Notes under the pieces: model-generated
The model's database searches: none
What the model was told of the DNA's origin: nothing
Seen by the model: only the letters and a program-made list of their open reading frames with translations
Origin: Ginglymostoma cirratum
Lineage: Eukaryota
Direction of reading: 5' to 3'
NCBI GenBank assembly: GCA_024137785.1
Contig: JAHRHZ010000062.1
Span: 36,441,424-36,505,423, forward strand
Length of the DNA: 64,000 nt
Shown here: piece after piece, positions 12,900-26,165 of the stretch
How positions within the stretch are numbered: position 1 is the stretch's first letter
Layout of the letters: every line of letters starts with the position of its first letter
Translations under genes and position numbers: made by a program

Positions 12900-13578
12900 T
12901 CTGCTTATTTCTGGCTGGGTGACTACTTTGCACAACTTCACGTTCTGTCTGCAAAAATTATCCCAAGCTTCCAACTGCCTGTCAAGTCAACACACCACTG
13001 TGTTCCCACACCAACATTTCTGTCACAGACCTGCCGCAGTGTTCCAGTGAGCCTCAGCACAAGCTCAAAGAATAGCATCTGTTTTTTCCACTATAGTTTC
13101 TAGGTTCAACATCGAGTTCAATAACTTTGGAGACTGATTCCATCCTTCTATGTTTTTTTTACCCACCTGGCACCCAGTCCTGTTATGACATGGGTTGCTT
13201 TTAGGACAGTCACCCATTCTCATGTACTCCTAGTTCTGTCATCACACTATATGGGTTGTATTGAGCACAGTGCCCCACTTTTTCACTCTTAGCTCTTATT
13301 CAACCTTTCTCCTGGCCTGTTGGCCAATGATCACCTTGTTTACATACCCTTTCATATCTCTTTCTCTCTGGGCTTTGGCTCCACCCATTTGCTCACTTCT
13401 CCTCTTTGCCATCAACACCGTTCTTCCCAACTTGCGTTCAGGATTAAATACCACATTTTCCTAGCTACTAACAGTTCCAAAGAAGAGGCCACTGGTTTCA
13501 AACATTAACTCTGTTTTCTTCCCACAATTGCTGCCAAGGCCTGCTTAGCTTCACCAGCAGTTTCCATTTTTGTTTCTG
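12900..13578 (+). mobile_element. Penelope-like element 3' remnant (GIY-YIG C-terminal region plus terminal module)
   Basis: Degenerate 'LGDYFAQL..' and 'QCSSEPQHKLKE.HLFF', collinear with 47870-48367. It ends in the same terminal module as the short elements. Confidence 0.7.
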
Positions 13579-13764
13579 CTTATTTATCAGCCTATCTTTA
13601 AAGTTATTTCTCACTCTCCTTCTCTCTAAACATGCACGTTTCTAGCCTCTACCTTTACATACTGTAACCCTCTCTGACCTAGAGAAAATGCCCCTTCTTG
13701 CAACTGGAGGCCAAAAATGTAAGATAGTCACTAAGAAATTCGGCAAGTAATTTAGAAAATAATA

Positions 13765-13877
13765 AAAACAACACACTGTGGACACTGGAGACCTGAAATT
13801 AAAACAGAATACTCAGCATCTATGGAGAGAGAAACAGAGTTAACATTTCATGTCAAACAAATTCAATTCTTCAGAAT
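13765..13877 (-). mobile_element. Short Penelope terminal module, degenerate
   Basis: cagcatctatggagagagaaacagagttaacatttc..ttcttcagaa. Confidence 0.65.
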
Positions 13878-15049
13878 GAAATTTAGAAGAAACTCCTTCA
13901 CACAAAAAAAAGTGGTAAGAATGTGAAATTTATTAGCATGGCAGATTGCTGAAGCAAGTAGAGATGAAATTAAAGAAAATGAGACAAAAATATGAGTGAA
14001 AATAATGAATAGATAATCATTTTGGTACAATAAATGACAAAATAGGAGAGGAGGCTCAAGTGAAGCATTAACACTGACTAACAGCCTCTTTCCATGCCAT
14101 ACACTCCATGTAACATTTTTCCCTTCATAAATTTCAGGGCACTTTAAAACTCACACATGCACTAATATGGCTTCCATTTTTTGAGAAAATAATCATCAAA
14201 ATATAGTATTGTTTCTTTCTTGTTCAGCTGTTGCAGAATTCCAATATTTGATGTACAATTTGCAAAGTCATCACAACTTGCCTTTTGCAATAAATAATGC
14301 ATTAAATTTACAATAAGCCTTTTGTTAATAACATGCATTGTCAAAAATGAAGGTTATAAATATTTGAAGTATTCTTTTGTCACTGCAGTCTCAGTAGTTA
14401 CGTTACACTAATCGCACAGGTTTCATGACGTTTATTACTCTGGTGTATTTTACAGTTGGTGATAATTGGCATGGTATTTACTGTTAGTCTTTCGAAAAGC
14501 AGCCTATCATTTATCAATGGTTGTAATCACGCGAGGAGGGAAGAATTAAGGCTCATGAATCAGATTATTTTGGTGTTGCTTTGTTGATCTTAAACAGGAC
14601 TTGGGACCTACTGAGTGTGGAACCTTTAAGCATCAGAGCTTGAGTGGGGCCTAATAAATGGCTGTATCAGTGTCAGAAATGCAGGAGGCATTTGATCTTA
14701 GAGTGAATGGCCAAGGAAGTATGTCATGCCTAATTTTTAATGAGCAATTGAGTGGGCCCTGAGCACATGGTGGAGTGGACTGAATTGAACCTGAAACTTT
14801 GGTCTGGATCTTTGAGGAAAGAAGAAGGATACAGGTTCTACATTCCTGACTTGGCTCCTCCATTACTGGGCATGCAGCTCCTGGTCCCCAGGAAGTTTCT
14901 TGGAATCAGGCCTACTTCTCAAACACTCCTATTTTATAGGCATTCAGAGGTGAAAATAACTTTAAAAACATCTTATCCATACACCTCCAAACATCACAAA
15001 GGGCTTTCATACCCTCCATGACAACTCCATGAATGGCCCCCTCTTAGCC

Positions 15050-15363
15050 AAGGTCTTTTTCCCAGGGTAGGGGAGTCCAAAACTAGACAGCATAGGTTTA
15101 AAGTGAGAGGGGGAGAATTAAAAGGGATTTAAGGGGCAACTTTTTCACATAGAGGGTGGTGCATGTATGTAATGAGCTGCCAGAGGAAGTGGTGGAGACT
15201 AGTACAATTACAGCATTTAAAAGGTTTCTGGATGGTTACAAAGCATTTAGAAGGATATGGGAAAAAGCTGGCAAATAGGACTAGATTAATTTTAGGATAT
15301 CTAGTTGGCATGGACAATCTGGACTGAAGGATCTGTTTCTGTGCTGTACATCTCTATGACTCC
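15050..15363 (+). mobile_element. CR1 LINE 3' end
   Basis: ggggcaactttttcacatagagggtggt..gagctgccagaggaagtggtgga; tail ctctatgactc. Confidence 0.8.
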
Positions 15364-16094
15364 AAGAACCATTTCCACATGCTGTGGTACAATAGGGTTC
15401 ATTTTCTTTTCTATACAGAGTATATATGAGATGAATGGGCATGGAAGTGCCCTATGTTGGCTTATGGAGCTGTGAGACCCCAGATGGGTTGGATGGAGGG
15501 TGATTGGTTACATGGAGGGTACAGTACCTAGTGCGGAGAGGTGGAAAGGCCCATGTTTCGATGGAAGGGATAAGAGGCTGTCGGAGGTGATTGAAGGCAG
15601 AAGTTGGCATGGATTGGAGGTGGGGGGAATGGCTTGAAAGGACATAAGGGATAGAGAGTGTAATATTGAACAAAATGACTAATACAAAAGTCCCAGAGAA
15701 TGTAAGACCTTTTTAACCAGCTCCCCAAGCAGCTCAAGTGGCTGTTTCCAAACTGTTTCCAGGGCAGCAGACCTGACTCTGACATATATCCATACAAACA
15801 CATCGTCCTCAAATCCCCACACCATCCTGCCCTCTGGATCCCAGAAGGAAAACCATACCTTTGGAGACATTTTCTTCTGAGGCTCACGTATCAAGCCCGG
15901 AGATGACATGACCTGTGCTACCCACAGCCAATGAACTCTGCTTCTCTCTTCACAAATGCTGTTAGACCTCCTGAGTATTTGCAGCATTTTCTGTTTTATA
16001 TCAAATTTTCAACATCAGCTGTATTTTGCTGCTAAAATTTCAGATCTTCCAACTATCCACTTTCTGCATAGTTTGAATGCATTCTTTATATCAT

Positions 16095-19015
16095 GCCATA
16101 AGGGAGGATTTAAACTAGTTTTTAAGGGAGATGGGAACCTGATGGCAATTCAAAATGGGAGGCAGAAATTCAGTGAATGGTTCCAAACGACTGAGGAATC
16201 AGTGATTACTACATGTACAAAACATGATTTTTGCAGTGTGAGCAACATGTAAATACAAGGTGAATACCAAATGAAGCTGATGATCTCATGGTACAGATGG
16301 ACAGATGGCAGCAAGATATCATTGCTATAATAGAAACTTGGCTTAAAGGCGGGGGGGGGAGCAGCCTGATATCCCTAAATATAAAGTTTTCAGGCAAGGT
16401 AGGGAAGTAGCATTATTGGTTACAGAATCAACAACAGCTGTCAGGAAGGATAATGTACTGAATTAAGTATTAAATTTAAAAAGTCAAAAGAACTGCAGAT
16501 GCTGTAAATCAGAAACAAAACCAGAAATTGCTGGAAAAGCTCAACAGGTCCAGCAGCATCTGTGGAGAGAAATCAGAGGTAACGTTTTGGGTCGAGTCAT
16601 CCTTCCTCAGAACTATTAAATAAGGCCTTACGGGTTGACCTCAAATGAAAAAGAGGAGCAGACACACTACTCGACATGTAATATAGACTCTCTAATGGTG
16701 GGAGAGAGTTAGAGGAGCAGATATATAGGTAATGCTCTGAGCAGAAAAAAACAACATGACAATAATAAATCGGGACTTCAATTACTCACTTGTCAACTGG
16801 AATACAAACAATGTGAAAGGCACAGAGGGCACATGATTCTTGAACTGCATCAAGAGAAGCCCTACAAGATATAATTTCAGGTTTAGTGTTCGGAAATGGG
16901 TAGGTGGATGAAGTAGTATTGGGTGACAATTTTGGAATTAACGATTAAAATACAGTTTGATTTAGCGTCATTATGAAAAATGACAAAGATTGGACATGAC
17001 TACAAGTTCCAACCTGGGGAAGGCAAATATTACAAAACTGAGATATGATTTAGCAGAAGTGGACTGGACATAGCTACTTGAAGGAAAGTCAATGGCATGT
17101 TATTGAGAGGCATGCAAAAACAAGATTCCATGGCAGAACAGCAGCATGTCCCCACAAAGATAAACAGTGGTACTGCCAAATCTAGGATCCCCTGGCTATC
17201 CAGAAGCATATAGCCCAGGATAAAACAGAGAAATAGAGAATGGTAACCTCAAAAAAGTAACATTTCAGGAATCTTAGAGGAGTATAGAATGAATAGGGAT
17301 AAAGTGAAAAGGGACTTCGGCATAGAAAAGGGAAAACACCTTTTAAACAAGAATGCTTCCATTCTATCCCAGCTCACTATTTTGAGCACCTCAATTTAGT
17401 TACCATCTCCTCTGTTCTAGATCAGTGCTTCAAGAACAAGGAGGATAAATAAGGGAAGGGTCAGGATTATTAAAAATACACATGGTAAAATGTATATTGG
17501 ATGCAGAAGGATGCAGGTTTCTTATTGAGAACTTTGCTTCTGTCTTCACAAAGGAAGAGGAACATGCAGGCATTCTGAATAAAGAAGAAAAATATGAAAT
17601 ATTCAATAAAATAAGCATAATAAGAAGAGAAATATTGGAGGAATTGACTTCCTCAAAAGTGGATGAATCACCAGAACCTGAAGAGTTTTATCTGAAGCCA
17701 TTGATAATGCAGTCAATACTGAGAGGTTGGATTAACTATTACTTAGAAAGGAATGGCTTAACTACATATCGTCAGCAAGGTTTTGTTAAGGGAATGTGGT
17801 GTCTTACTAAGTTAATTGAATTATTTGAAGAAGTAACAAGGAGGATTGATCAAAGTAGTGCAGCAGATGTTAGTGACATGGATTTTAGCAAGACATTTAA
17901 CAAGGTCAAACGTGGCTAACGATCAAAGAATTAAAGCCGATTAGATACATTGCAAATTATTTTGTGCCAATGTGGCAAAATCTTTCCAAAATTGGCTCAG
18001 TTACTGGAAATAAAGGGTCGATGGATGTGAAAGGAAAGTGGTTTCCAGAGGTGTTCCACAGGGGTCTGTGTTGGGTTCCTTGTTCATTGTGGTATTTGTT
18101 AATGATTTAAGCTTAAACGTTGGAGGTGTAATTGGGAGATTTACAGATGACACAAAAAATGACCAACGTTGACAGTGAAGACATGGCTGTTGACTGCAGG
18201 ATGATATTGATTTGGCTGAGGGAGCAGAAAAGTGATTAATGGAATGTTACGCATTGAGGAGAGGGTGGATGGGTGGAAACAAAACAAGGGAATACCTCAT
18301 TAACAGGAGGATATTGAGAAAATTAAATGAAGTGAGAGACCTTGGGAGTGCACATCCTCCACCAACTTCCAAAGGTTTTAGGACAGGTACATAAGGTAAT
18401 AAAGAAGGTGTCTAGGAGACTTTCCTTCATTGGGCTTTGCATCAAATACAAAAGCTGTGATGTAATACTGAAACTGTACGTGACACTGGTTGGGCCCCAG
18501 CTGGAATTCTGTGTACTGCTCAGGCCGCCACATTACATGAAAAATGTAATTGCTCTCAAGAGGCAGAGCAGAAATTTACGAGAATGTTACCAGGGCTTGA
18601 AAATTGCAGCCAAAAGGAAAGATTGGGTAAATATGTTTCCCTGAGAACAGAGGAGGTGGTGACTAAATTGAGGGTACACAAAATAATGACCTTGGATAGA
18701 GTGGAGAGGGATGACCTGTTTCCCTAGTAGAGAATTCAATTACAGATTTTACACGATTGCTGGAAGGCTTAGAAGAAGCATGAGGAAAAGCCTTTTCACT
18801 CAGAGGGTGGTGTGTGTCTGGAATTCACCTTGGGGTTTGAGGTGAATGGAAAACCTCAACTCATTTAAAGGAAATTTGGAACAACACCTGAACTGCTGTA
18901 ACCTGTAAGTCTATGTACCAGGTGCTGGAAAGTCAGATTAGAATGGGCAGATAGTTTAATTCAGCTGGCATAGACCTAAAGGGCCAAATGACCTTTCCCT
19001 CGGCTGTATACAATT
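16095..19015 (+). mobile_element. Long, highly degenerate CR1 LINE (endonuclease, RT and 3' UTR)
   Basis: 'QQGFVKGMWCLTKLIELFEEVT..DMDFSKTFNKV', ggtgttccacaggggtctgtgttggg (GVPQGSVLG) and 'LYVTLVGPQLEFCV'; many stops and frameshifts. Confidence 0.85.
16476..16614 (-). mobile_element. Short Penelope terminal module inserted in CR1, 8-bp flanking repeat
   Basis: The - strand reads agttCTGAGGAaggatgactcgacccaAAACGTta; tattaaat occurs at 16468-16475 and 16614-16621. Confidence 0.75.
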
Positions 19016-19569
19016 CTTAGAATATCATGTCTGATTTGAAATAAGCACGAAGAGATCAGAATAGGTCTATTGCTTTCTGTTGGAAATTTTGAGTGTTCCC
19101 AAGGACAAAGATATTCATTTTGCTTTGGTATTGGAAGAGTATAGTAGAGATTGGAGTAACTGGACAGGAGAGAGAAGTTTGCAATTTTTATTGGTAATTT
19201 GTGTCACATCTGTGAACAGAGTTTATGCTTTAGGTCAATGACCTTTTGCCATAATTGACAAATTTATTGTGCATCCATTTAATTTGCATAAGAAGGGGGC
19301 AGATGTCCACATTAAAAATAAATCAATACAGAGAGTCAGGAAACAATTAGAATTCTGCTATTTCATTCCCAGAATTTGCTAAACCCACAAATTAAATAAA
19401 GAAATAAAATAACTGGATGGAACTTGAACTAGCAGTTGAGAACTTAGGAGTTTGGTGGGGTTAAACATATGGAAGTTGACAGGTTGTAGATAAATTGGTT
19501 CTGACCCATCAATTTCGTCAGCACATTAAGCTGTGGGTGAACAACCCCCTCAGGAAAGATGCTTAAATA

Positions 19570-20020
19570 AGAACTAGGAGAAGGAGTAGGCCATCTGGCC
19601 CCTCGAGCCTGCCCCGCCATTTAATAAGATCATGGCTGATCTTTGAGACTCAGCTCCACTTACCCGCCCACTCACCATAACCCTTAATTCCTTTACTGTT
19701 CAAAAATTTATAGCCTTGCCTTAAAAACATTCAGCGAGGTAGCTTCAACCGCTTCACTGGACAGGGAATTCCACAGATTCACAACCCTTTGGGTGAAGAA
19801 GTTCCTCCTGACCTCAGTCCTACATCTGCTTCCCTTTATTTTGAGGCAATGCCCTCTAGTCCTAGTTTGACCTGCTAGCGGAAACAACCTCCCTGCCTCC
19901 ACCTTATCTATTCCCTTCATAATCTTACATGTTTCTATAAGATCTCCCCTCATTCTTCTGAATTCCAATGAATATAATCCCAGTCTACTCGGTCTCTCCT
20001 CATAATCCAACCCTCTCAAC
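19570..20020 (-). mobile_element. CR1 LINE 3' fragment
   Basis: ORF 19708..20019 'LGLYSLEFRRMRGDLIET..FFTQRVVNLWNSL'. Confidence 0.9.
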
Positions 20021-20110
20021 TAGTTTATAGCTATTTAGGAGCAAATTTTACCGTGTTAGCTTTTATGATTTTACTATGGCTGCATGTTTGCCTCAAACTC
20101 AGCTGTGAAA

Positions 20111-20436
20111 GGGGTGACATGGTGGCTCAGTGGTTAGCAAGACAGCCTCACAGTGCCAGGGATCAGCCTCGATTCAAGCCTTGGGTGACTGTATGTGTGG
20201 AGTTTGCACTTCTCCCTGTGTCTATGTGGGTTTCCTCCGGGAGTTCTGGTTTCCTCCCACAGTCCAAAGATGTGCAGGTTAGGTGGATCGGCCATGCTAA
20301 ATTGCCCATAGTGTCCAGGGATGTGCAGGCGAGGTGGGATAGCCATGGGAGAAACTATGGCATGCTCTTCAGAGGGCTGGTGCAGATTGGATGGGCTAAA
20401 TGGCCTGTTTCTGCACTGTATGGATTCTATGATTCT
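20111..20436 (+). mobile_element. HE1-type V-SINE
   Basis: ggtggctcagtggttagc head, V-domain, tail ggattctatgattct. Confidence 0.9.
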
Positions 20437-21227
20437 GACACAGCGAAAATTAAGGGACCTGAAGAAATAGCACTCAAAAATAGCTTACAAAAAGCTTACT
20501 TCCCTAAGTGTGGCATAGCTTTTTGATCTATTTCAATAAACTTCCATTAATTTATGAAGCTATTCCACTAGTTTGCCAACTTTGACTAGTTTTTAAAGCC
20601 TGTCCATTTAATCTTTACTTTGAAGCTGGAATCTCTCAAATCAGCATAGCTGCCATTTATGCTGTATTTTGTTCAAGCTCTGGTGAGGACCAAGATGATC
20701 AGCAAGATTCACAACAATGTCAGCACCAAAACATGACAAGCGAAGCAGCAGCATGTTGCATACAGATATAACACAGAAATCAGGTTACATTTTGAATGTG
20801 TCACTGTACTCAGTTTTCCTGCCCTGATTAGGTCATTAAACCATCTTAGTCACTGAATCCACTGACCACATTCTCACTGTTTAGTTCCCAGGTAACCTCC
20901 AGCCATACCTTTCTCTTTTTGCTGGCATGCACATTCCTTTCATCAATTCTTCATAGAACAGTAACTCCCTTTGGGCACTTACAGGCATCAATATCATATG
21001 TAATGAAGCATCACTGCAGTGAGGCACAGATTTTGAAACACTGGAACCAAGAGCTATTAATATAAGGTAGACACTAAGAAATACAAGAAAGAATTCAGGT
21101 GAAGCTTCTTTATCCAGAGAATATCCAAGGATCATCCCCTGGACTCAGTTTGTTATGGTCTGCTATTTTTAAGGATAAAATCTCTAATTTTTTACTATAA
21201 TCCTTTACTGTAGACCTTTACTATAGT

Positions 21228-23310
21228 CACTGAGAGGGACAGGAGCAGACAATATGGGAAAGTATTTAATTGGGGGAGGGGGAATTATCATGCTATTAGG
21301 CAAGAACTGCGGCGCATAAATTGGGAACAGATGTTCTCAGGGAAATGCACGACAGAAATGTGGAGGTTGTTTAGGGAGCACTTGCTATGAGTTCTGGATA
21401 GGTTTGTCCCACTGAGGCAAGGAACGGATGGTAAGGTGAAGGAACCTTGGATGACAAGACATGTGGAACATCTAGTCAAGAAGAAGAAGGAAGCTTACTT
21501 AAGGTTGAGGAAGCAAGGATCGGATAGGGCTCTAGAGAACTACAAGGTAGCCAGGAAGGAACTGAAGAATGGACTAAGAAGAGCTAGAAGGGGGTATGAA
21601 AAAGCCTTTGTGGGTAGGATTAAGGAAAACCCCAAGGCGCCTTGGGGTTTTCCTTAATCCTACACACGAAGGCTTTTTCATTTCTAGCACGTCCTCCTTC
21701 CTAACATCAACCTATTCCAGCAAAGTATTGAAGCAAAGTATTCATTAAAGACTTCCCCAACCTCCTCTGATTCCACACACAAATTCCCTCCACTATCCCT
21801 GATTGGCCCTATCCTGACTCTGGCCATCCTCTTGTTCCTCAAGAAGGAGTCAGAGGAGGTTGGGGAGGTCCTTAATGAATACTTTGCTTCAATACTTTGC
21901 TGGAATAGGTTGATGTTAGGAAGGAGGGCATGCTAGAAATGAAAAAGCCTTCATTATTCACCAGTATTTTGCTTCAGTATTCACCAGTGAGAGGGACCTT
22001 GACGTTTGTGAGGACAGCATGAAACAGGCTGATATGCTGGAATAGGTTGATGTTAGGAAGGAGGACGTGCTAGAAATTTTAAAAAACATGAGGATAGATA
22101 AGTCCCCTGGGCCAGACAGGATATACCCAAGGTTACTACGGAAAGCGAGGGAAGAGATTACTGCGCCTTTGGTGATGATCTTTGTGTCCTCACTGTCCAC
22201 TGGAGTAGTACCAATAATTGGAGGGTGGCAAATGTTCAAGAAAGGGAATAGGGATAATCCTAGGAATTACACACCAGTCAGTCTTACTTCTGTGGTGGGC
22301 AAATTATTGGAGAGGATTCTGAGAGATAGTATTTATGATTATTTGGAAAATCATAGTTTGATTATAAATGACTTGGATGAGGAAGTGGAAGGGTAGGTTA
22401 GTAAGTTTGCTGATGACATGAAGGTTGGTGGAGTTGTGCATAGTGTGGAGGGCTACTGTAGGTTGCAACGGGACATTGACAGGATGCAGAGCTGGGCAAA
22501 GAAGTGGCAGATGGAATTCAAACTGGAAAAGTGTGAAGTGATTCATTTTGGAAGGTCAAATTTGAATGCAGAATACAGGGTTAATGGCAGGATTCTTGGC
22601 AATGTGGAGGAACCGAGGGACCTTGGGGTTCATGTCCATAGATCCCTCAAAGTTGCTACCCAAGTTGAAAGGGTTATAAAGAAGGCATATGATGTGTTGG
22701 CATTTCTTGGCAGGGGAATTGAGTTTAAGAGCCGTGAGGTTATGCTGCAGCTCTATAAAACCCTGGTTAGACCAAACTTGGAATATTGTGTTCAGTTCCG
22801 GTTGCCTCATTATAGGAAGGAAGTGGAAGCTTTAGAGAGGGTGCAGAGGAGATTTACCAGTATGCTACCTGGACTGGAGACTAGGTCTTATGAGGAAAGT
22901 TTGAGGGAGCTAGGGCTTTTCTCATTGGAGTGAAGAAGGATGAGAGGTGACTTGATAGAGGTGTACAGGATGATGAGAGGCATAGATAGAATGGATAGCC
23001 AGAGACTTTTTCCCAGGGCAGAAATGACTATTACAAGGGGGCATATTTTTAAGGTTATTGGAGGAAGTTATAGGGGAGATGTCAGAGGTGGGTTCTTTAC
23101 ACAGAGTGTGCTGGGTGTGTGGAATGTGCTGCCGGCGGTGGTACTGGAGTCAGATACATTAGGGACCTTTAAGTGACTCTTGGATAGACACACGGATGGT
23201 AGTAAAATAAACGGTATGCACGGTAGTTTGATCTTAGAGTAGGATAATAGGTCGGCACAACATCGTGGGCTGAAGAGCCTGTACTGTGCTGTATTGTTCT
23301 ATGTTCTATG
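21228..23310 (+). mobile_element. 5'-truncated HER1/CR1 LINE, internally rearranged and deleted
   Basis: 'DKSPGPDRIYPRLL', 'NYTPVSLTSVVGKLLE', KFADD and 'RGDLIEVY'; tail (GTTCTAT)n; palindromes at 21597-21952. Confidence 0.92.
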
Positions 23311-24225
23311 CTGTAATGGTCATCACAGTTTGCACACTTATCTACATTCTGAGTGATTATATGGCAGCTTCATAATTTTTAAATCCTATTCCATGATATT
23401 GCTATTTCAGGGCGATATTCAAAGGTTATGCAAAGTTGAGTTGCAAAATGACTGAAAGTTAACAGCTCTTATTTCACGGTCAGCAATTAAACCACAATGT
23501 TCACCATTGAACTGTGAGAAAGATGACCGCAAAGAACTAACAATCCATGTTAGTAAAATGAACCACATGGTATGATATCAAACTATAAAGATTAGAAAAA
23601 AAATTGCTGTGCAATCACTGTACAGAATTTGCTGATCTAATTTTGAAGCATAGGAGTTGGACAATGAACCTCAATAGAGTGATTCTTTATAGGGTGATAC
23701 ATCATACGAAGTGCACAAATATCAATGTCAAGTGAAAGCAAATTTGATATCAATGTCATACCTTTTCTATAACAGACAGGTTTTTCAAACAGTCACTATT
23801 TAGTTAGTATTTAATGAATAGTTAAGTTAGCAAGGAGCTGAGAAGGTGATGGCAGGAATGGAATCCACATAAAATATAAAACTTGCTACAATATAAATTA
23901 CAACATCTTTGGTTTCTTCAACATAATAAACATCCCAAGGTACTTTGTAGAAGCACATTTTAAAAAAAGCTGGAAAAAAAGGCAGATACGCTTGGTCAAA
24001 TAATTAGAAAACTCTTAAAGGTGTAAAGCAAGATAGGGAGATGTAGATATTTGGGTAGGAAATTCTGGAGAGAAGGGTGGAGGCAGCTGAAGGCAGTTGT
24101 TGCTTTTTATATATTTTTGCCACACTTTCTTCCTCTTCACAGTCAACGGGTTAGAATAAAACACCAAGGACATTAAACAGTTTAGTGCTATTACATGAGT
24201 GTACTGCCTTGATGGTGTTACAAAA

Positions 24226-24240
24226 CACACACACACACAC
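24226..24240. repeat. (CA)n microsatellite
   Basis: Seen directly. Confidence 0.8.
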
Positions 24241-24749
24241 TTGCAACAATAAAGAGTGGGAAATCTATTTGGTCCTCCCTCAGTCACGAAGTGCTACTGG
24301 AATCAATTGAAATGCCCAAATCTTACTCTCTTGGCTGGGAAGTCCTCATTTATTACATAGTCTGCATTGGCATCAATGCTGAGATATGCCTTGTGCTCCA
24401 TAATGCTTAGGTAATTGTAGACAAGGCATCCATAATCACCCAAATATTAAACAAACATTGAAAACTATATTTTTAAAAACACTCATTCAATTGACTTTAT
24501 TTCAGGAACTGAACTGACCTAAACCCATTTGGATGGAAATATGGATTCTGCCAGGAAAAATTAACCTCATTATTTATTGAGAACTGTGTGATCGCCGCAT
24601 TATACCGGGTTCAATGAAAATTGTTAGCTTCTTTGGAAATGGCATTAAGAAGAAAAACTAATTTACTATTATGTTTGATTGAGACATCAGTAATATTCTT
24701 CATTTTATTGTATCGATTTTGTTATATAGAGTCTCGAAGGCCTTTTTTT

Positions 24750-25520
24750 TTGTTAAGGTATAACGTTCCCAATATACGTTAGAGTCCAGGCGCCTTAACA
24801 TGTATCTGGATGCAATATACTCGATTTCTTCGCGCAGTTGTCGATAGTTTTCATTACGATATCGCATTTCAATGGGTTCACTGTGTTGAATCTACTGCCA
24901 AGAGTTTATGGAAGTGTGTCCCTCTGCTCCTCTGACGGCGCTCGACTCCCAGGGTTGAGTGAGATCGTTCCTGGGCAGAGCGATTGCTCAGAACAGGGGA
25001 AACATTCCGGAAACTTTATCACAAATATCAACATTTAAAGGCGCTTTACTCCAGGTACACCGTTCGAACACTACGAAAACAGAGCTGAATGGAAATAGAC
25101 ATCTTTTTTCGGGAAACTAACAATGCCCTTCCCCCACTGTTATTGATACTACTGGGTCCATAAGTCTCACATAACCTAAGCTTACGAACTCTTTGAGCAC
25201 AGCAACAACGTCCTAACGCTAATAGAAATACGTTCAGGATAAGTGAAAAGCTGTGTAGTTTTCAAATTTTGCAACTTCTCTCGCTCCCTACCTTATGTCT
25301 GAATTCTCTGGCCACCTTTTTCTCCATTCTGGCCGGCTGAATGCGATGGGAACAAGGAATGACCGGCCCCCTTTCCTCTGAACCCGCTGGGTGTGGAGAG
25401 CTCGCAGTTAATGACAGCAGACAGGGCGAGATAACAAAACAAACTTTAAACATGTCTTGTGTCTCTGTGAAGTATCACCGTTCGCATGTATGCTTCTGCT
25501 ATGACCGCATTGCTTTACTT
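24750..25520. promoter_or_regulatory. CpG-retaining region around USH1C exon 1 (probable promoter)
   Basis: CpG dinucleotides are visibly denser than in the flanks and the region is repeat-free; not quantified. Confidence 0.55.
25292..25327 (-). CDS. USH1C: Harmonin (Usher syndrome 1C protein), coding exon 1
   Basis: ATG at 25327 gives MEKKVAREFRHK (human MDRKVAREFRHK, recalled). It is a 36-nt phase-0 exon followed by donor gtaggg, as in human c.36+1, and lies divergent from OTOG as in human. Confidence 0.93.
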
Positions 25521-25739
25521 TAAGTTGTTAAAATGTTCACGTTCATTTATAAAGCGGTTTTGTTCAGTTTTTTTTTAAATACCCATTCTGCACAGGCAGA
25601 CAAATGCAGTCCAAATAAATCTCATGTATATAATATCTAGCTGTATGTTTTGAGGTGTCTTAATAGGTTTTTTTTCTGTGTTTATTTCAAGGTTCCCTGA
25701 GCAAAACACCATGGACCTGGTTTAAAAGAAGGAACATCT

Positions 25740-26165
25740 GTTTAATCAACCTGTTCAGAGACGTTATGACACACCTCCACCGATTGAGAGATTTGAACCT
25801 ACATTTTCTGGCCCGGAGCTAGGAACGCTACCACTGCCCCATAAGACCCCCAGCATGGTTCTGGCAAATATTACGACACATGTCGGTAGGTGGAACTTGA
25901 ATTTAGGCTTTTTGGCCGAGATATAACGATACAACTTTCAACAGTATATACCAGTATCTTGCGCGCTGGGATTTGAACATAGTCCCCACAGTTTTAGCAT
26001 GGAGCTCTGAATTATTCAGCTCCTGACATTACTTCTACAACACTAGCTCCCCAAATTTTTAATCAACTAGTTCAAATCTGTTATGACACACGTCTGTGGC
26101 AGCTGGGTCTTGAACCTAAACCTTCAAGTCCAGAGCTAGGGACACTATCACTGACCTATGAGATT
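25740..26165 (-). mobile_element. Cluster of four short tRNA-derived SINE units
   Basis: Repeated gacacac..ttgaacct..gagctagg..accactg units; a + copy of the family lies at 58975-59080. Confidence 0.65.

Noticed and set aside
22418-23176. Active LINE reverse transcriptase
   Set aside because: 5'-truncated, with stops, an RT-core deletion and a rearrangement.
1-25291. USH1C exon 2 (expected [22 protein letters not shown]-like)
   Set aside because: No convincing match found by eye on the - strand. It probably lies left of the window, but a tBLASTn would be needed to exclude a miss.
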